Positions 1 through 10,053 of a DNA stretch of 64,000 nucleotides are shown one piece after another. The notes under the pieces are model-generated. The model saw only the letters and a program-made list of their open reading frames with translations, searched no databases and was not told the origin of the DNA. Within the stretch, counting starts at the first letter, position 1; each line of letters begins with the position of its first letter. The stretch spans positions 68,819 through 132,818 of the forward strand of contig JAWCKK010000003.1 in the NCBI GenBank assembly GCA_038852105.1, written 5' to 3'. The stretch comes from Thermoplasmata archaeon (lineage in GTDB: Archaea; Thermoplasmatota; Thermoplasmata; UBA10834; DTMW01). A program made the translations under genes and the position numbers.

Positions 1-756
1 GAGTACGCAATGCAGAACAGCGAGGTCATAAGAGGGATAAACTTCCAGCCCGTGGCTTTCTCCGGCAGGATATCTCAGAAGGAGCGGGAGAAGCAGCGAT
101 ACACGATATCGGATCTCGTTTTGGAGATCGAGGAAAAATCCAAGGGAGCGATTGCGAGGACCGACTGGTATCCGCCTCCTGCGGTCGCGGTTATCAGCGA
201 TTTGGCCGGGATCATAATGAAGAAGAACTACGTGACCTTCACGACTCATCCGGGCTGCGGACTGGCGACCTATCTGTTCATCGATAAGAAGACTGGCGGG
301 ATAACCCCGCTCCCGAGATTCGTCAACGTCGATAGGGTATTCGAGGAGTTGAACGAGCTCGTCAAGAAAGCCAAGGAGCGCAGGGGCACCCTGCGAACGA
401 AGCTCGATCTCGTTCGAATCTTCTGGCGGAATATCGACAAGCGCAAACTGCCAAAGGGAATGAGCAGAATCAAATTCCTGAGAATGATACTTGCCGTAGT
501 GAACGATAAGACGAAGAAAGGGCTCGCAAAGTTCTCATGGGACATGCTGTACATAGGCTCGATGCATTTCCAGGACGCATATAATTACGACATCGACCGG
601 GTGATGAGGTGCAGCATACATTACACCACCCCCGATGGCAGAATCATACCCTTCTGCGCGTACAACTCCGGCCCGGTGTACAGGACCGAGATCGAGAAGA
701 AGTTCTCGGTACCCCTCGACCAATGGCGGAAGGAGAAAGGAGCAGACGGCTTATGA
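1..756 (+). CDS. C-terminal fragment of a conserved protein, possibly a tetraether lipid synthase (Tes)-like radical SAM enzyme; 5' end lies outside the window
   Basis: The reading frame is open from base 1, so the ORF continues upstream. Its position directly before a ferredoxin and GGR matches the tes-fdx-ggr neighbourhood in Methanosarcina as I remember it. There is no diagnostic motif in the visible part. Confidence 0.3.
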   Translation, partial: EYAMQNSEVIRGINFQPVAFSGRISQKEREKQRYTISDLVLEIEEKSKGAIARTDWYPPPAVAVISDLAGIIMKKNYVTFTTHPGCGLATYLFIDKKTGGITPLPRFVNVDRVFEELNELVKKAKERRGTLRTKLDLVRIFWRNIDKRKLPKGMSRIKFLRMILAVVNDKTKKGLAKFSWDMLYIGSMHFQDAYNYDIDRVMRCSIHYTTPDGRIIPFCAYNSGPVYRTEIEKKFSVPLDQWRKEKGADGL

Positions 757-965
757 TCCGCATGAAGAATTCCTATGCGAGGATATCCATAGACCAGGAA
801 ATGTGCATGCATTGTGGCGCCTGTGTCGGCACTTGCCCGAGGAACGCTCTTTTCCTGCACGACTTGACCGTCGCGGCAGATGAGAACTGCAATGGTTGCC
901 TATTGTGCGTCAGGGTCTGTCCCATCGGTGCCATTGAGAAGGCGCCAGGAGGCAAGGTACGATGA
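753..965 (+). CDS. 4Fe-4S dicluster ferredoxin
   Basis: 71 aa with two Cys clusters (CMHCGACVGTCP and CNGCLLCVRVCP). Its ATG overlaps the upstream stop as ATGA, and its last codons overlap the GGR start. Confidence 0.8.
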   Translation: MIRMKNSYARISIDQEMCMHCGACVGTCPRNALFLHDLTVAADENCNGCLLCVRVCPIGAIEKAPGGKVR

Positions 966-2152
966 AAGTCATCGAGACCGATGTTGTGGTCGTCGGTGCC
1001 GGACCTGCGGGCTCCACCACCGCTCGATTCGCGGCGAAGGGAGGCGCCGATGTCGTGATGATAGAGAAGAGGCAGGAGATCGGCTCGCCCGTGAGATGCG
1101 CCGAGGGCATCTCGAAACCTCTTCTCGACAAGATAGACTTGAGGCTCGACTCGAAGGACATCGCAAGGCAGGTCAAGGGAGCGAAGATCGTTTCTCCGTC
1201 AGGTCATGTGCTCACTATCTCGGAGAAACAGGCGGGGAACGAGGTCGGAATAGTCCTCGACAGGGTTTTCTTCGACAAGCATCTTGCTAAACTCGCGGCA
1301 GATGAAGGTGCAGAGATATTGTTGAAGACCTCAGCCATTGGATTACTCAGGGATAACGGTAGGATTGCGGGCGTGAGAGCCGTCGGTCCTTCGGGCGATG
1401 TTGAGATACGCGCGAAATGCGTGGTTGGAGCAGACGGTTTCGAATCCCAAATAGGTCGATGGGGCGGTATCGACACTTCTCTTTCCCCTGATGACATCAC
1501 ATCGTGCTTCCAATACAGGCTGACGAACATAGATATTGACCCCGACTACTGCGAGTTCACGATCGGCAGCATGGCTCCAGGGGGGTACGTCTGGATATTC
1601 CCGAAGAACGAGGACACTGCGAACGTCGGCCTGGGAATCCAGCTGAAGCAGCTGAAGAAGCCTGGCGAGGTCAAAGCCGCACTTGATAGATTCATTTCGA
1701 AGGACAAGCGTCTTTCCAAGGGTAAACCGCTGGATATGGTCGCCGGGGCGGTCTCCATCTGCGCGCCCATTGATAAGACCGTCACAGATAATCTGCTGTT
1801 GGTCGGAGATTCGGCAAGGCAGATAGACCCGATAACTGGCGGTGGCATATCGAACGGATGCATCGCAGGACGAATTGCGGGTGAAACGCTTGCGCGTGCC
1901 TTAAAGACAGGCGATTTTTCCGGCCGAGGGTTGCAGCCATACGAGCAGGGCTGGAGAGATGTCCTGGAGAACAAGCAGTATCGGAATTGGATGGCGAAGG
2001 AGAAGCTCGTGAAGTTGTCGGATGAGGTTCTTGACAAAATAATCCAGGCACTGATAGAGGTCGGCGTCGAAGGCTTATCTGCTCTAGCAATACTGCAGGC
2101 GGTTGCGAAGAAGTACCCGGAACTGGTCGAAGAATTCAAAGACTTCCTATGA
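962..2152 (+). CDS. Digeranylgeranylglycerophospholipid / geranylgeranyl reductase (FAD-dependent)
   Basis: N-terminal FAD fold motif VVVVGAGPAGSTTA; 396 aa; similar to the archaeal GGR family. Confidence 0.9.
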   Translation: MKVIETDVVVVGAGPAGSTTARFAAKGGADVVMIEKRQEIGSPVRCAEGISKPLLDKIDLRLDSKDIARQVKGAKIVSPSGHVLTISEKQAGNEVGIVLDRVFFDKHLAKLAADEGAEILLKTSAIGLLRDNGRIAGVRAVGPSGDVEIRAKCVVGADGFESQIGRWGGIDTSLSPDDITSCFQYRLTNIDIDPDYCEFTIGSMAPGGYVWIFPKNEDTANVGLGIQLKQLKKPGEVKAALDRFISKDKRLSKGKPLDMVAGAVSICAPIDKTVTDNLLLVGDSARQIDPITGGGISNGCIAGRIAGETLARALKTGDFSGRGLQPYEQGWRDVLENKQYRNWMAKEKLVKLSDEVLDKIIQALIEVGVEGLSALAILQAVAKKYPELVEEFKDFL

Positions 2153-3226
2153 TCGCGATCGATCTTCAGCGATAAGTCTCCGATAGATTTCGAAAAGCCT
2201 TCTGCCCGTGTTTCGGATGTCGTGTTCTTCCGCAAGCTTGTTGGACCCATTAATGAGGATAGACCTCATTGTTTCATCGCTGGATATCATTCTGACCGCT
2301 CTCACGAAATCTTCCGTCGAGGCGCATTTCAGACAGTTCTTTCCGGTCTCAAGCCAGTCATCGAAGGCCGGTATGTCTCGCAATATGATTGGGAGACCCA
2401 TGCTAGCGGCTTCCAGCACGACGTTTCCGTAGCTTTCTGCACGCGTGGGCAACATGAACGCGCCCGAATTCGAGTACCCGCCTATGAGCAACTCGAAGGA
2501 GATATACCCCGTGAACAGAACATTTTCCGGCAGTTTGCCTCCTGGCATCGCATCGACAAGCAACGGTTCGCTGCCCCCGATCCATACGAATCTCACCTTC
2601 GAATCGGGATATCGTCTTTGAAACTCCGCAGCCGTCTCGATGAAGGTATCGACTCCTTTGCGTGGGATCCTTAGCCCGACGCTTACAACCACGAATTCAT
2701 CGCTTTCTATGCGGAATTTCTCTCTGAACTTCTTTGCGAGCTCAGGGTTTTTCTTGAATTTGGTCCTATCTACTCCGTTGAAGACAACCTCGAACGGCCC
2801 CTTCACTCCAAGTTTGCGAAGCGACCTCATTGCAAATGGGCTTGGCGCAACTAGCACATCTCCCAGATTGAAGAAGAACCTACTATAAATTCTGTTCAAG
2901 GGATAGAGAATAGAAGCGCCTTTGAACCCGCCCTTGATGAGCTCCGGGAGATGATGACCGTGAACCACGATCTTCTTGCCTTTCAGTTTTCCCATGATTC
3001 CGAGATATATGGATTTCGGGAGCGGGTTGTGCAAATGAAGTATGTCATAATCGAAATCTGCGCGGTCGACAACGACCTCGCATCCGAGCTTTTCTAGCTC
3101 CTCTATCCAGAGGGGGACTATCGTGCCCATGCCGCCCGGGTTCTGAAATGGAATTATCTTCGAATAGGACGATAATTCGATAATCATTGCGACCCTGATT
3201 CTGTTCTCGGATTCACTTTCGGACAT
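2147..3226 (-). CDS. Glycosyltransferase family 4 (GT1-fold)
   Basis: Conserved C-terminal E...E motif region (LPTRAESYGNVVLEAASMGLPII); 359 aa. Confidence 0.8.
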   Translation of the reverse strand: MSESESENRIRVAMIIELSSYSKIIPFQNPGGMGTIVPLWIEELEKLGCEVVVDRADFDYDILHLHNPLPKSIYLGIMGKLKGKKIVVHGHHLPELIKGGFKGASILYPLNRIYSRFFFNLGDVLVAPSPFAMRSLRKLGVKGPFEVVFNGVDRTKFKKNPELAKKFREKFRIESDEFVVVSVGLRIPRKGVDTFIETAAEFQRRYPDSKVRFVWIGGSEPLLVDAMPGGKLPENVLFTGYISFELLIGGYSNSGAFMLPTRAESYGNVVLEAASMGLPIILRDIPAFDDWLETGKNCLKCASTEDFVRAVRMISSDETMRSILINGSNKLAEEHDIRNTGRRLFEIYRRLIAEDRSRS

Positions 3227-3381
3227 GGCTGACCAGCGGTCAATGGGTTGCAGAAATATTAATGATTAGTTACGGGTTCGCGCGGAGGGTCGTCACCGGA
3301 ATCAAGGAAATAGGGTGTCAATGTTTAAGTATCAACCAGACAATAGGCTGGTTCGAAGGGAGCACTGGCTATTGCTAAGGG

Positions 3382-6180
3382 GTGTGCAGCTACTTGCCTT
3401 CAAGAAAAGGCTCGAATCGAAGCGGTCGCAGATTATCCGCCAGCGATGACAACGAGCGGGCTCAAATTTCAAACAAAGCCAGGCGCTCTGCACTGATACA
3501 GCTCAAGTTCGGCAGGGCTTCACATTTCCTGAGCACGTTCGCGGCAGTGCTTCTCGCTCTCGCTGCGATTGTCGCATATCTCATCTCTGAAGATGCTTCG
3601 CTGACCTGGCTTGAGAACTCGAAATGGCTAATACCTTTAATCGCCGGGGCCTTCATGTCAATAACGGTCGTATATCTGAAATGGGAGCCGTTCTTGACAG
3701 ACAGGACTGCTAATCATTTCATCGTGTCGTATATCGCAATGGCTGTACCATTGATTCTGATCATCCTGGTCGTTCTGTATGAATTGAACTATGTGGAAGT
3801 CGGAACGGGAGGATGGATATATCCGCTTTCCTTCGTTGGGATATCGTTCTCTCTCGTGTCGATTGCGATGATTTGGGAAGGGATGAGCCGCAGAAAGGTC
3901 ATCGCAATCGTCTCAGCGTTCGTGCCGTTCGCAATAATGACCGCCCCGGCGTTCTATGACGCCGGGCTTTTCGGAATACTGCCTCTGGTCTATCTCGGAA
4001 GCGCAGTGTGCATACAATTGTCGGGGTCGATGATGCACGTGATGTCGACCAGCACTTCTGTACAGGAGCGCGAGATACTGAAAGCGAGCGACGCGAAGAT
4101 GCTCGCCCTCAGGGCTGAATTGGAAAGGCGAGAGGAGGAGATTGCTTACAAGGAGAGAGCCCTTGTCGAGAAAGAGCTGGGGTTCGATCAATACGAAAAA
4201 GCCTTAGGCGAACTCCGTGAAGAGATCGATCAGAGGAAAAAGGAGCTGGAAAATCTCGAGGCAAAGGTCGGTCAACGCATGGAATTATTGAAGTCCGAGG
4301 CGGAGAAGACCTCCGGCCTCTCGGCCGATCTCAAGAAAAGGGAGGAGATACTTCAGCAAAGAGAACTCGAACTCAACTCGAGGGAGAGAGAAATCGAGAC
4401 GATAACCGAGGCGCTCGGCAAGAAGGAATCGCAATTGCAGGACTTGTTCTTGAGATTCCAGGAAGATCAGGCAAGAATCAGGGCGGCCGAGAAGCAGCTG
4501 AAAGACAAGAGCGAGCTCATAGAAGAGCAACTGAGGGCGCTAAAGGCTGGAAGAGAATCTTTCATGGGAGAGCAGAAGGCCCTTGCCGAAAAGGAGAAGG
4601 AACTGCAGCTCAGGGAGAGCGCCATCGAGATGCGCCTGAGAAGCCTCGAGAGCGCGACGGCTGCTCCGAAAGAGGAGATTTCTAGACTGAGGCGCTGGGA
4701 AGAGAAGCTTCACGAAAAGGAGAAGAAAGTCGCGGCATTGGAGGCGGAGCTCACAGAAAGAAGATTGCTGGCCGAGCAGCTGATGAGCGATGCAAAGATG
4801 CAACTTGCGAGCGCGGAAGAAAGATTGAAAGCGGCCGAAGAAAAGGAGAAGAAGCTATTCGAAAAGGAATCCGTCATCGAGAGGTTAGAAAAGGAGATTG
4901 CCAATGCTCGGGAGGACCTCGCCCAGAAGATTATGGAGCTCGACACATTGCGACAGGAGGCGGAGCAGAAGAAATCCCAGTACTCAGCTCTAATCGAGCG
5001 CGTCTCGAAGAGGGAAATCGATCTTGCAAAGAAGGATGAGGATCTCAAATCCCAATATTCAATGATGGAGTCGCGCGAGAACTCTTTGAGGGAATCCATA
5101 GAGCGTCTTGCAAAAGAACGACAGGATATCGAGAACAGGCGCAAGGAACTGCTCGAGCTGGAGAAGGAGATAGGTACCAAGGTCTCTCAGCAACATCTCA
5201 AGGAGCTCGAGCTCCGAGAGCGCCAGAGAATGCTCGAGAGCGGAATCGCCTCAATGGTCTCATCCTCTTCCGATTTCGCTGGGAAGATCGAGGAGTTGCA
5301 GGAAAGGGAACGCGCGCTCGAGCACCGCGAAAGACTGCTGTCCGAAAGGGAGCGAGAGGCAAGGAGGCGGGCATTCACGCCCAGGACTTCGGAGATCGAG
5401 GCGGAAGTCTCCCCAGTCTCTCCCAAGAAGGCAGAGGCGACAAAGAAATTCTCGACGGGCACGAAGAGGTTAGACGACCTGCTTTACGGCGGGATTCCGC
5501 CCGGCTCAAGCGTTCTCTTCATAGGCCCGCCGTTCTCGGGAAAGGAGACTGGCATATTGTCATTTCTGGCGGAAGGATTGAGGAGTGGCATACCAGCGAT
5601 TATAGTCACGACTTCAAAATCTCCGAGCGACCTTTCTAGGGACTTCGCACCGATTATGCCTGACCTACTGGAACTCGAACGCATAGGGCTCGTTCGCTGG
5701 CTAGACGCGACATCCGCCGAGTCAGCCGATGCGAAATCATCTGACAAGTTCAGGAAGAACTACGTGAAGGTTGACGGCCCGGATGACTTGGCTGGCATAA
5801 TAGAGGGGCTGGACAAACTGACATCCGATATTAGAAACGGGGCATTCAGGGGTTTCAAGCTCGGCTATCTTTCCTTATCGACGAGCATCTCGCACGTCGG
5901 AGATATGGAAGCGACAAAGTTCGTCCAAGGAATGGCCCGCACTATCCGCGACTTGAACTCGGTCGGAATGTTCGCACTTGAGAAGGGGATGCATAGCGAG
6001 CAGCAAATCGAATCTATCCAGCACCTGATGGACGGGTCGTTCCTCATCAAGGTCGACAAGCAGAAGTACTATCTCTCAGTCGTCGGGATCGGCGAGGTAC
6101 AGTCTAGAGACTGGATTGAATTCAAATTGACAAATTCTGCACTTGTAATCGGCGCTTTCTCTCTTGAAAGAATACGATGA
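3382..6180 (+). CDS. Membrane-anchored coiled-coil protein with a C-terminal KaiC/RecA-superfamily ATPase-like domain
   Basis: GTG start immediately after an in-frame TAA. About five hydrophobic helices span residues 45-215. A coiled coil of roughly 480 aa rich in E, K, L and R follows. The C-terminal domain (LDDLLYGGIPPGSSVLFIGPPFSGKET...) resembles KaiC/FlaH, but Walker A is degenerate (GKE instead of GKT/S). Confidence 0.6.
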   Translation: MCSYLPSRKGSNRSGRRLSASDDNERAQISNKARRSALIQLKFGRASHFLSTFAAVLLALAAIVAYLISEDASLTWLENSKWLIPLIAGAFMSITVVYLKWEPFLTDRTANHFIVSYIAMAVPLILIILVVLYELNYVEVGTGGWIYPLSFVGISFSLVSIAMIWEGMSRRKVIAIVSAFVPFAIMTAPAFYDAGLFGILPLVYLGSAVCIQLSGSMMHVMSTSTSVQEREILKASDAKMLALRAELERREEEIAYKERALVEKELGFDQYEKALGELREEIDQRKKELENLEAKVGQRMELLKSEAEKTSGLSADLKKREEILQQRELELNSREREIETITEALGKKESQLQDLFLRFQEDQARIRAAEKQLKDKSELIEEQLRALKAGRESFMGEQKALAEKEKELQLRESAIEMRLRSLESATAAPKEEISRLRRWEEKLHEKEKKVAALEAELTERRLLAEQLMSDAKMQLASAEERLKAAEEKEKKLFEKESVIERLEKEIANAREDLAQKIMELDTLRQEAEQKKSQYSALIERVSKREIDLAKKDEDLKSQYSMMESRENSLRESIERLAKERQDIENRRKELLELEKEIGTKVSQQHLKELELRERQRMLESGIASMVSSSSDFAGKIEELQERERALEHRERLLSEREREARRRAFTPRTSEIEAEVSPVSPKKAEATKKFSTGTKRLDDLLYGGIPPGSSVLFIGPPFSGKETGILSFLAEGLRSGIPAIIVTTSKSPSDLSRDFAPIMPDLLELERIGLVRWLDATSAESADAKSSDKFRKNYVKVDGPDDLAGIIEGLDKLTSDIRNGAFRGFKLGYLSLSTSISHVGDMEATKFVQGMARTIRDLNSVGMFALEKGMHSEQQIESIQHLMDGSFLIKVDKQKYYLSVVGIGEVQSRDWIEFKLTNSALVIGAFSLERIR

Positions 6181-6182
6181 TA

Positions 6183-7694
6183 TCAGGGGGACGGCCGCAG
6201 ATACGATTTCGGGAGTCTTATCTTCATAGAGAAGCCTTTCTCCGGCTGGCCCGGCGAGGCGTCCTCGAACCACAGCTTCCCGCCGAAATGCTCGACCACT
6301 GAAGCAAGAAACGATAGATTCCTCGAAGTCCTTCTCCTCTCCGTTCTTGTACCTGACAGGTTGAACGGGGTTGAGAGCATCTCTCTAAATTTGCTCGGCA
6401 GTGTGAGGTCTGGGATTTCCAGTTTCAGTTGCCAGAACTCCTGTCCTGCCTCGTCGATTATCGGAGATATGCTGATGTGCACATCAATGTCCTGATTATG
6501 AGCATATCTCGCTGCGCGGTCGAGTTCCACAGCGAGCATATTCCGAACATACTTGCCTCCGACCGCGAAGACCTCATCGTACGTAGGCTTCTCGTAGTGC
6601 AATCTGAACTTCCGGTTTGGATAATGAGATTCTATGCTGCTCACTATTTCGGTAAGGCACTCAGCGAGATTGAGGCTTTCCACGCCGGATGCATCAATCT
6701 TCTGCACCTCGGAGAGCGTTCGAAGATTTAGCAGGAAGGTCGCGATTTCCTTCACCTGTTCGATAATCCTTGCCGAATACTTCTTGGCTTCCTGGGATGT
6801 ATCCTCTCTTTGTGAGATGGCCTCGGCGTAGGTCATGATTGGCGCTACGAGATTTGCGATGTCATGCGCGAGATAGTCGAAGTACTCTTGAGCCCTGTTT
6901 TTCGCATCCTCCGCCTGTTGGGTTCGTTGTTCGAGTTGGACCGTCGCCTCCTTCTTGGAGGTAATATCCCGTGACATGCCGAGCACTCGAACGACATTTC
7001 CATTTTCGTCTTTTATGGGAATCAGCCAAGTGTCTATCCAAGCTCTTCCGCGGGGAAATATCGTCTCCGCTTCGACGTTGAGTAATTCTCCCCTGTTGAG
7101 CACTCGTTCCACGTTCTTCTTTTGTGATTCAGCTATATGAGCGGGGAAGAGTGCTTCCATGCGTTTGCCGACAAGAGCCTCAGGAGTCTTGTCGAATATG
7201 CTCGCGGCATATTTGTTCACAAATCTGACGATGAGGTTCTCGTCGAGCACAAATATCATATCTTTGGTAGTCTCGGTCAGCATATCGAAGTACTTCGCTT
7301 TTTCATCGAGCGCGCGGTTCTTCTCGAGTTGCTCGCTGATATCTAGAATAGACAACACCAGCACGATTCTCCCTGATTCGTCAAGACATCCCCTGGCGCT
7401 TCCTTCGATGACCTTCCAGTTGCCGTCACTATGGAGTATCCTGAGTCTTTCGAGTCGTACGCTCCTCTGTTCTTTCATTGCTGAGTCGAGCGCGCGCTCC
7501 ATCGTTTCGAAGCATTTGGGATGGATCAAAGATGCGAATTCTTTGCCGATCAGTCCGGAGGGTTCGTATCCCAATGCAATTCTTACCGAAGGACTGACAT
7601 ACTCAATTATGCCGTTGAGATCGGTCACGAAAATAATCTCTTGGCAATTCTCCGCTATGAACCGGAGATATCCATCGTCACCCATCTGCATCAC
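6183..7694 (-). CDS. Sensor histidine kinase with two PAS domains
   Basis: Two PAS-like segments, a HisKA region (YLAHDIANLVAPI) and a C-terminal HATPase_c domain (GGKLWFEDASPG). No response regulator gene is adjacent. Confidence 0.8.
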   Translation of the reverse strand: MMQMGDDGYLRFIAENCQEIIFVTDLNGIIEYVSPSVRIALGYEPSGLIGKEFASLIHPKCFETMERALDSAMKEQRSVRLERLRILHSDGNWKVIEGSARGCLDESGRIVLVLSILDISEQLEKNRALDEKAKYFDMLTETTKDMIFVLDENLIVRFVNKYAASIFDKTPEALVGKRMEALFPAHIAESQKKNVERVLNRGELLNVEAETIFPRGRAWIDTWLIPIKDENGNVVRVLGMSRDITSKKEATVQLEQRTQQAEDAKNRAQEYFDYLAHDIANLVAPIMTYAEAISQREDTSQEAKKYSARIIEQVKEIATFLLNLRTLSEVQKIDASGVESLNLAECLTEIVSSIESHYPNRKFRLHYEKPTYDEVFAVGGKYVRNMLAVELDRAARYAHNQDIDVHISISPIIDEAGQEFWQLKLEIPDLTLPSKFREMLSTPFNLSGTRTERRRTSRNLSFLASVVEHFGGKLWFEDASPGQPEKGFSMKIRLPKSYLRPSP

Positions 7695-7840
7695 ATTCTA
7701 TCCCAAGAGCGCAATCGATTGTCGGAATCTTGTCTCATTTTTGTAAGTCTATTATCGAGGACGCGCTGCACAACTCTCCTGAGACGTTACCAATTCCCAG
7801 ACTAATAAAGTTTCTCGATATAAAAATCGCATCTCATCGC

Positions 7841-8839
7841 TCAATTGTTTGTTCTCGTTCTACCTTTGATATCGGCCCTCGAAGCCCAACTCTTCGGATA
7901 AGTTCCAGGTTCCATGAATACCCTTTCCAGGCGGACTACTTCTCCTTCCTTCATATCGATAATGTCTTCTGTATCCAATATCGCAGTTCCCGTAGCAACA
8001 ATCTCGTCTTTAAGCGAGAAAATCGCTACCTTATCTCCTTTGTCGATGCTCTTTGATAATTCCACAATTCCTGGGATAGCCAGTGTAGCGCCATGACATA
8101 AAGCATCTATGGCAGAATCCTTCACAACAATTCTCTTCCAGCCATGGAATATCCGCTCCATCGGAATGATCACCTTCCGCAGCTCCCTGTCATCGCCATC
8201 ATTCCGAAATTCCACCGCGTCTCTCAGGGCGTGCAACGTTATCGCATCTTTTTCCGCGAACGGCCCTGCCTCGATTCTTCTAAGCTCTTGCAGGTGTGCC
8301 CCCGTGCCCAATGCATCGCCTATGTCTACGCACAAGCTGCGGACGTATGTACCTCCCTCGCATCTCACATCGAACAGTACGATGTTGCCACTCCTCTCTA
8401 ACAATCCGAGGCTTTCTATCGTCCTTTTCCTGAGAGCCCTCTTGACGGCAGATCTCACTGGCGGAGTTTGAAATATTTCTCCTGTGAACTCTCGGAAAAT
8501 CCTTTCAAGAGCATCGGTATCGACGTCGTCATGCAGTTTCATCAGGCCGATGTACCTCTTTCCTGCCGAATGGATGTAATCCATCGCTCTCACGGCGTTT
8601 CCAAGACCAATCGGTAGTACGCCGGTTGCCCGCGGGTCAAGCGTGCCACCGTGACCTGTCTTCCTTATCCCCAGGATGTCTCTCACCCAGGCGGCGACCT
8701 GGTGCGATGTTGGCCCCATCGGTTTATCTATGACGACGAGTCCAGTCTCCATCAGCTCATCTATTGTCCTATCTTCGGGCCGCTTGCCGAATCGCGAATC
8801 AATCGAAGATGAGCTCTTCCTAATTAGGGAAGCAGTCAT
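7841..8839 (-). CDS. cbf5: H/ACA RNP tRNA/rRNA pseudouridine synthase Cbf5 (TruB family, PUA domain)
   Basis: GHGGTLDP catalytic motif; 332 aa; C-terminal PUA-like region; sits at the end of the ribosomal cluster as in other archaea. Confidence 0.9.
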   Translation of the reverse strand: MTASLIRKSSSSIDSRFGKRPEDRTIDELMETGLVVIDKPMGPTSHQVAAWVRDILGIRKTGHGGTLDPRATGVLPIGLGNAVRAMDYIHSAGKRYIGLMKLHDDVDTDALERIFREFTGEIFQTPPVRSAVKRALRKRTIESLGLLERSGNIVLFDVRCEGGTYVRSLCVDIGDALGTGAHLQELRRIEAGPFAEKDAITLHALRDAVEFRNDGDDRELRKVIIPMERIFHGWKRIVVKDSAIDALCHGATLAIPGIVELSKSIDKGDKVAIFSLKDEIVATGTAILDTEDIIDMKEGEVVRLERVFMEPGTYPKSWASRADIKGRTRTNN

Positions 8840-9381
8840 GCTCTCATCTTCCCGATCTCTCTCACAATTATTTCAGATACCTCATGAGCAGAAATATCAG
8901 TACTGTCGATCACAAGGTCATACACGGAGATATCGTCGATATCGATCCCATAGAATTCGATATATCTTCTTTTCTCGGATTCCTCTCTCGATTTGAGCCT
9001 TTCGAGCTCGTCCTCGGGTTTCGTTTTCTCCCTTCTCGCAATCCTCTCGGCACGCGTCTTCAAAGGAGCGGTCACGAAAACCTTCAAGGACTCAATCCCG
9101 TTCCTTCCCAGCAACTGACCGGCGAGTCTCCCTTCCACAACTATATCGTCCTTCTCCTTGGCTATCTTGATGATTTCATCGTCGAGCTTCCTGTCGATAG
9201 TCGCATCTTTCTCTGCCAATCTGTTATACTCAATAACGTTCATGCCGGCCTTTTCTGCCTGCTTCCTAAATATCTTGCCGGTCAATATCAACTCGAGGCC
9301 CAGCGTTCTCGCTACCTCTCTTGCCACAGTCGTCTTTCCGCTCCCAGGAGGGCCGCTAATTGTGATTCGCATCCTTGACAC
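8836..9381 (-). CDS. cmk: Archaeal-type cytidylate kinase
   Basis: P-loop ISGPPGSGKTTVA; about 180 aa; COG1102-like; 4-nt overlap with cbf5. Confidence 0.75.
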   Translation of the reverse strand: MSRMRITISGPPGSGKTTVAREVARTLGLELILTGKIFRKQAEKAGMNVIEYNRLAEKDATIDRKLDDEIIKIAKEKDDIVVEGRLAGQLLGRNGIESLKVFVTAPLKTRAERIARREKTKPEDELERLKSREESEKRRYIEFYGIDIDDISVYDLVIDSTDISAHEVSEIIVREIGKMRA

Positions 9382-10009
9382 CCTTGCCTGATTCGAGCTC
9401 CTTCAGCCTCTTATTGAAGCTGAAATATTTCAGGACTCGTGCCAAGACCTGACCGAACGGCATGGTCAGGAGAGAATATAGAAGTATCCAGTTCGGGAAG
9501 ACGTTGCTGCCGAGCAGGTCCGTCACCGGTCCCCATGGAACAGATATCGTCGAGGTCGCGATATGCTCGGTCACGAATACGAAAAGCCACGCGAATATCG
9601 GGATTATGACTATCATCGTGACCGGCAGCAGCTTCATCTGTGTCTGCATGCCCGACATGGATTTCGACATCACTTCCTGTTGGACATCCATCAGTTTCTT
9701 CAGCTTGTAGGTGTTGTTTTCGAGCCTCGCCTTCGTGAGCTCCTTCCGAAAGGCATTGGCTATCTTTTGGTTTCTCGCCATTTCAACCCAGTCGACGAAG
9801 AAATGCCGCAGTATTGTGGAGAAGAAAATCATGAGCACGCCCGCGAAAAGAAGGGTTATTACTGGCAAAGTGCCTCCGAATCCTATTATCGGGAAAAGAG
9901 CGTAGTTGATCGCGGTGCCCATCGCATACCTTATCCCGGGCGTGAAAAGGACGGTCATCGCGAAAAACATGACCATCAGGATCAACAAGCTGTTAGCCGG
10001 GTTGGCCAT
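9356..10009 (-). CDS. DUF106 family membrane protein (archaeal YidC/Oxa1/EMC3-like insertase)
   Basis: Three transmembrane segments with a central amphipathic or coiled region; lies downstream of secY as is conserved in archaea. Start chosen at the internal ATG (MANPANSLL) to avoid overlapping secY. Confidence 0.65.
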   Translation of the reverse strand: MANPANSLLILMVMFFAMTVLFTPGIRYAMGTAINYALFPIIGFGGTLPVITLLFAGVLMIFFSTILRHFFVDWVEMARNQKIANAFRKELTKARLENNTYKLKKLMDVQQEVMSKSMSGMQTQMKLLPVTMIVIIPIFAWLFVFVTEHIATSTISVPWGPVTDLLGSNVFPNWILLYSLLTMPFGQVLARVLKYFSFNKRLKELESGKGVKDANHN

Positions 10010-10053
10010 CGGAGGAGCTCCGGGCCTTCCTCCGGTCGGTGCCGGGGGCAAGG

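Noticed and set aside
4285-5462. Several minus-strand ORFs of 80 to 156 aa inside the coiled-coil gene
   Set aside because: They are Ser/Leu/Phe-rich mirror images of the Glu/Lys/Leu-rich repeats of the coiled-coil protein. This is a typical antisense artefact with no start context.
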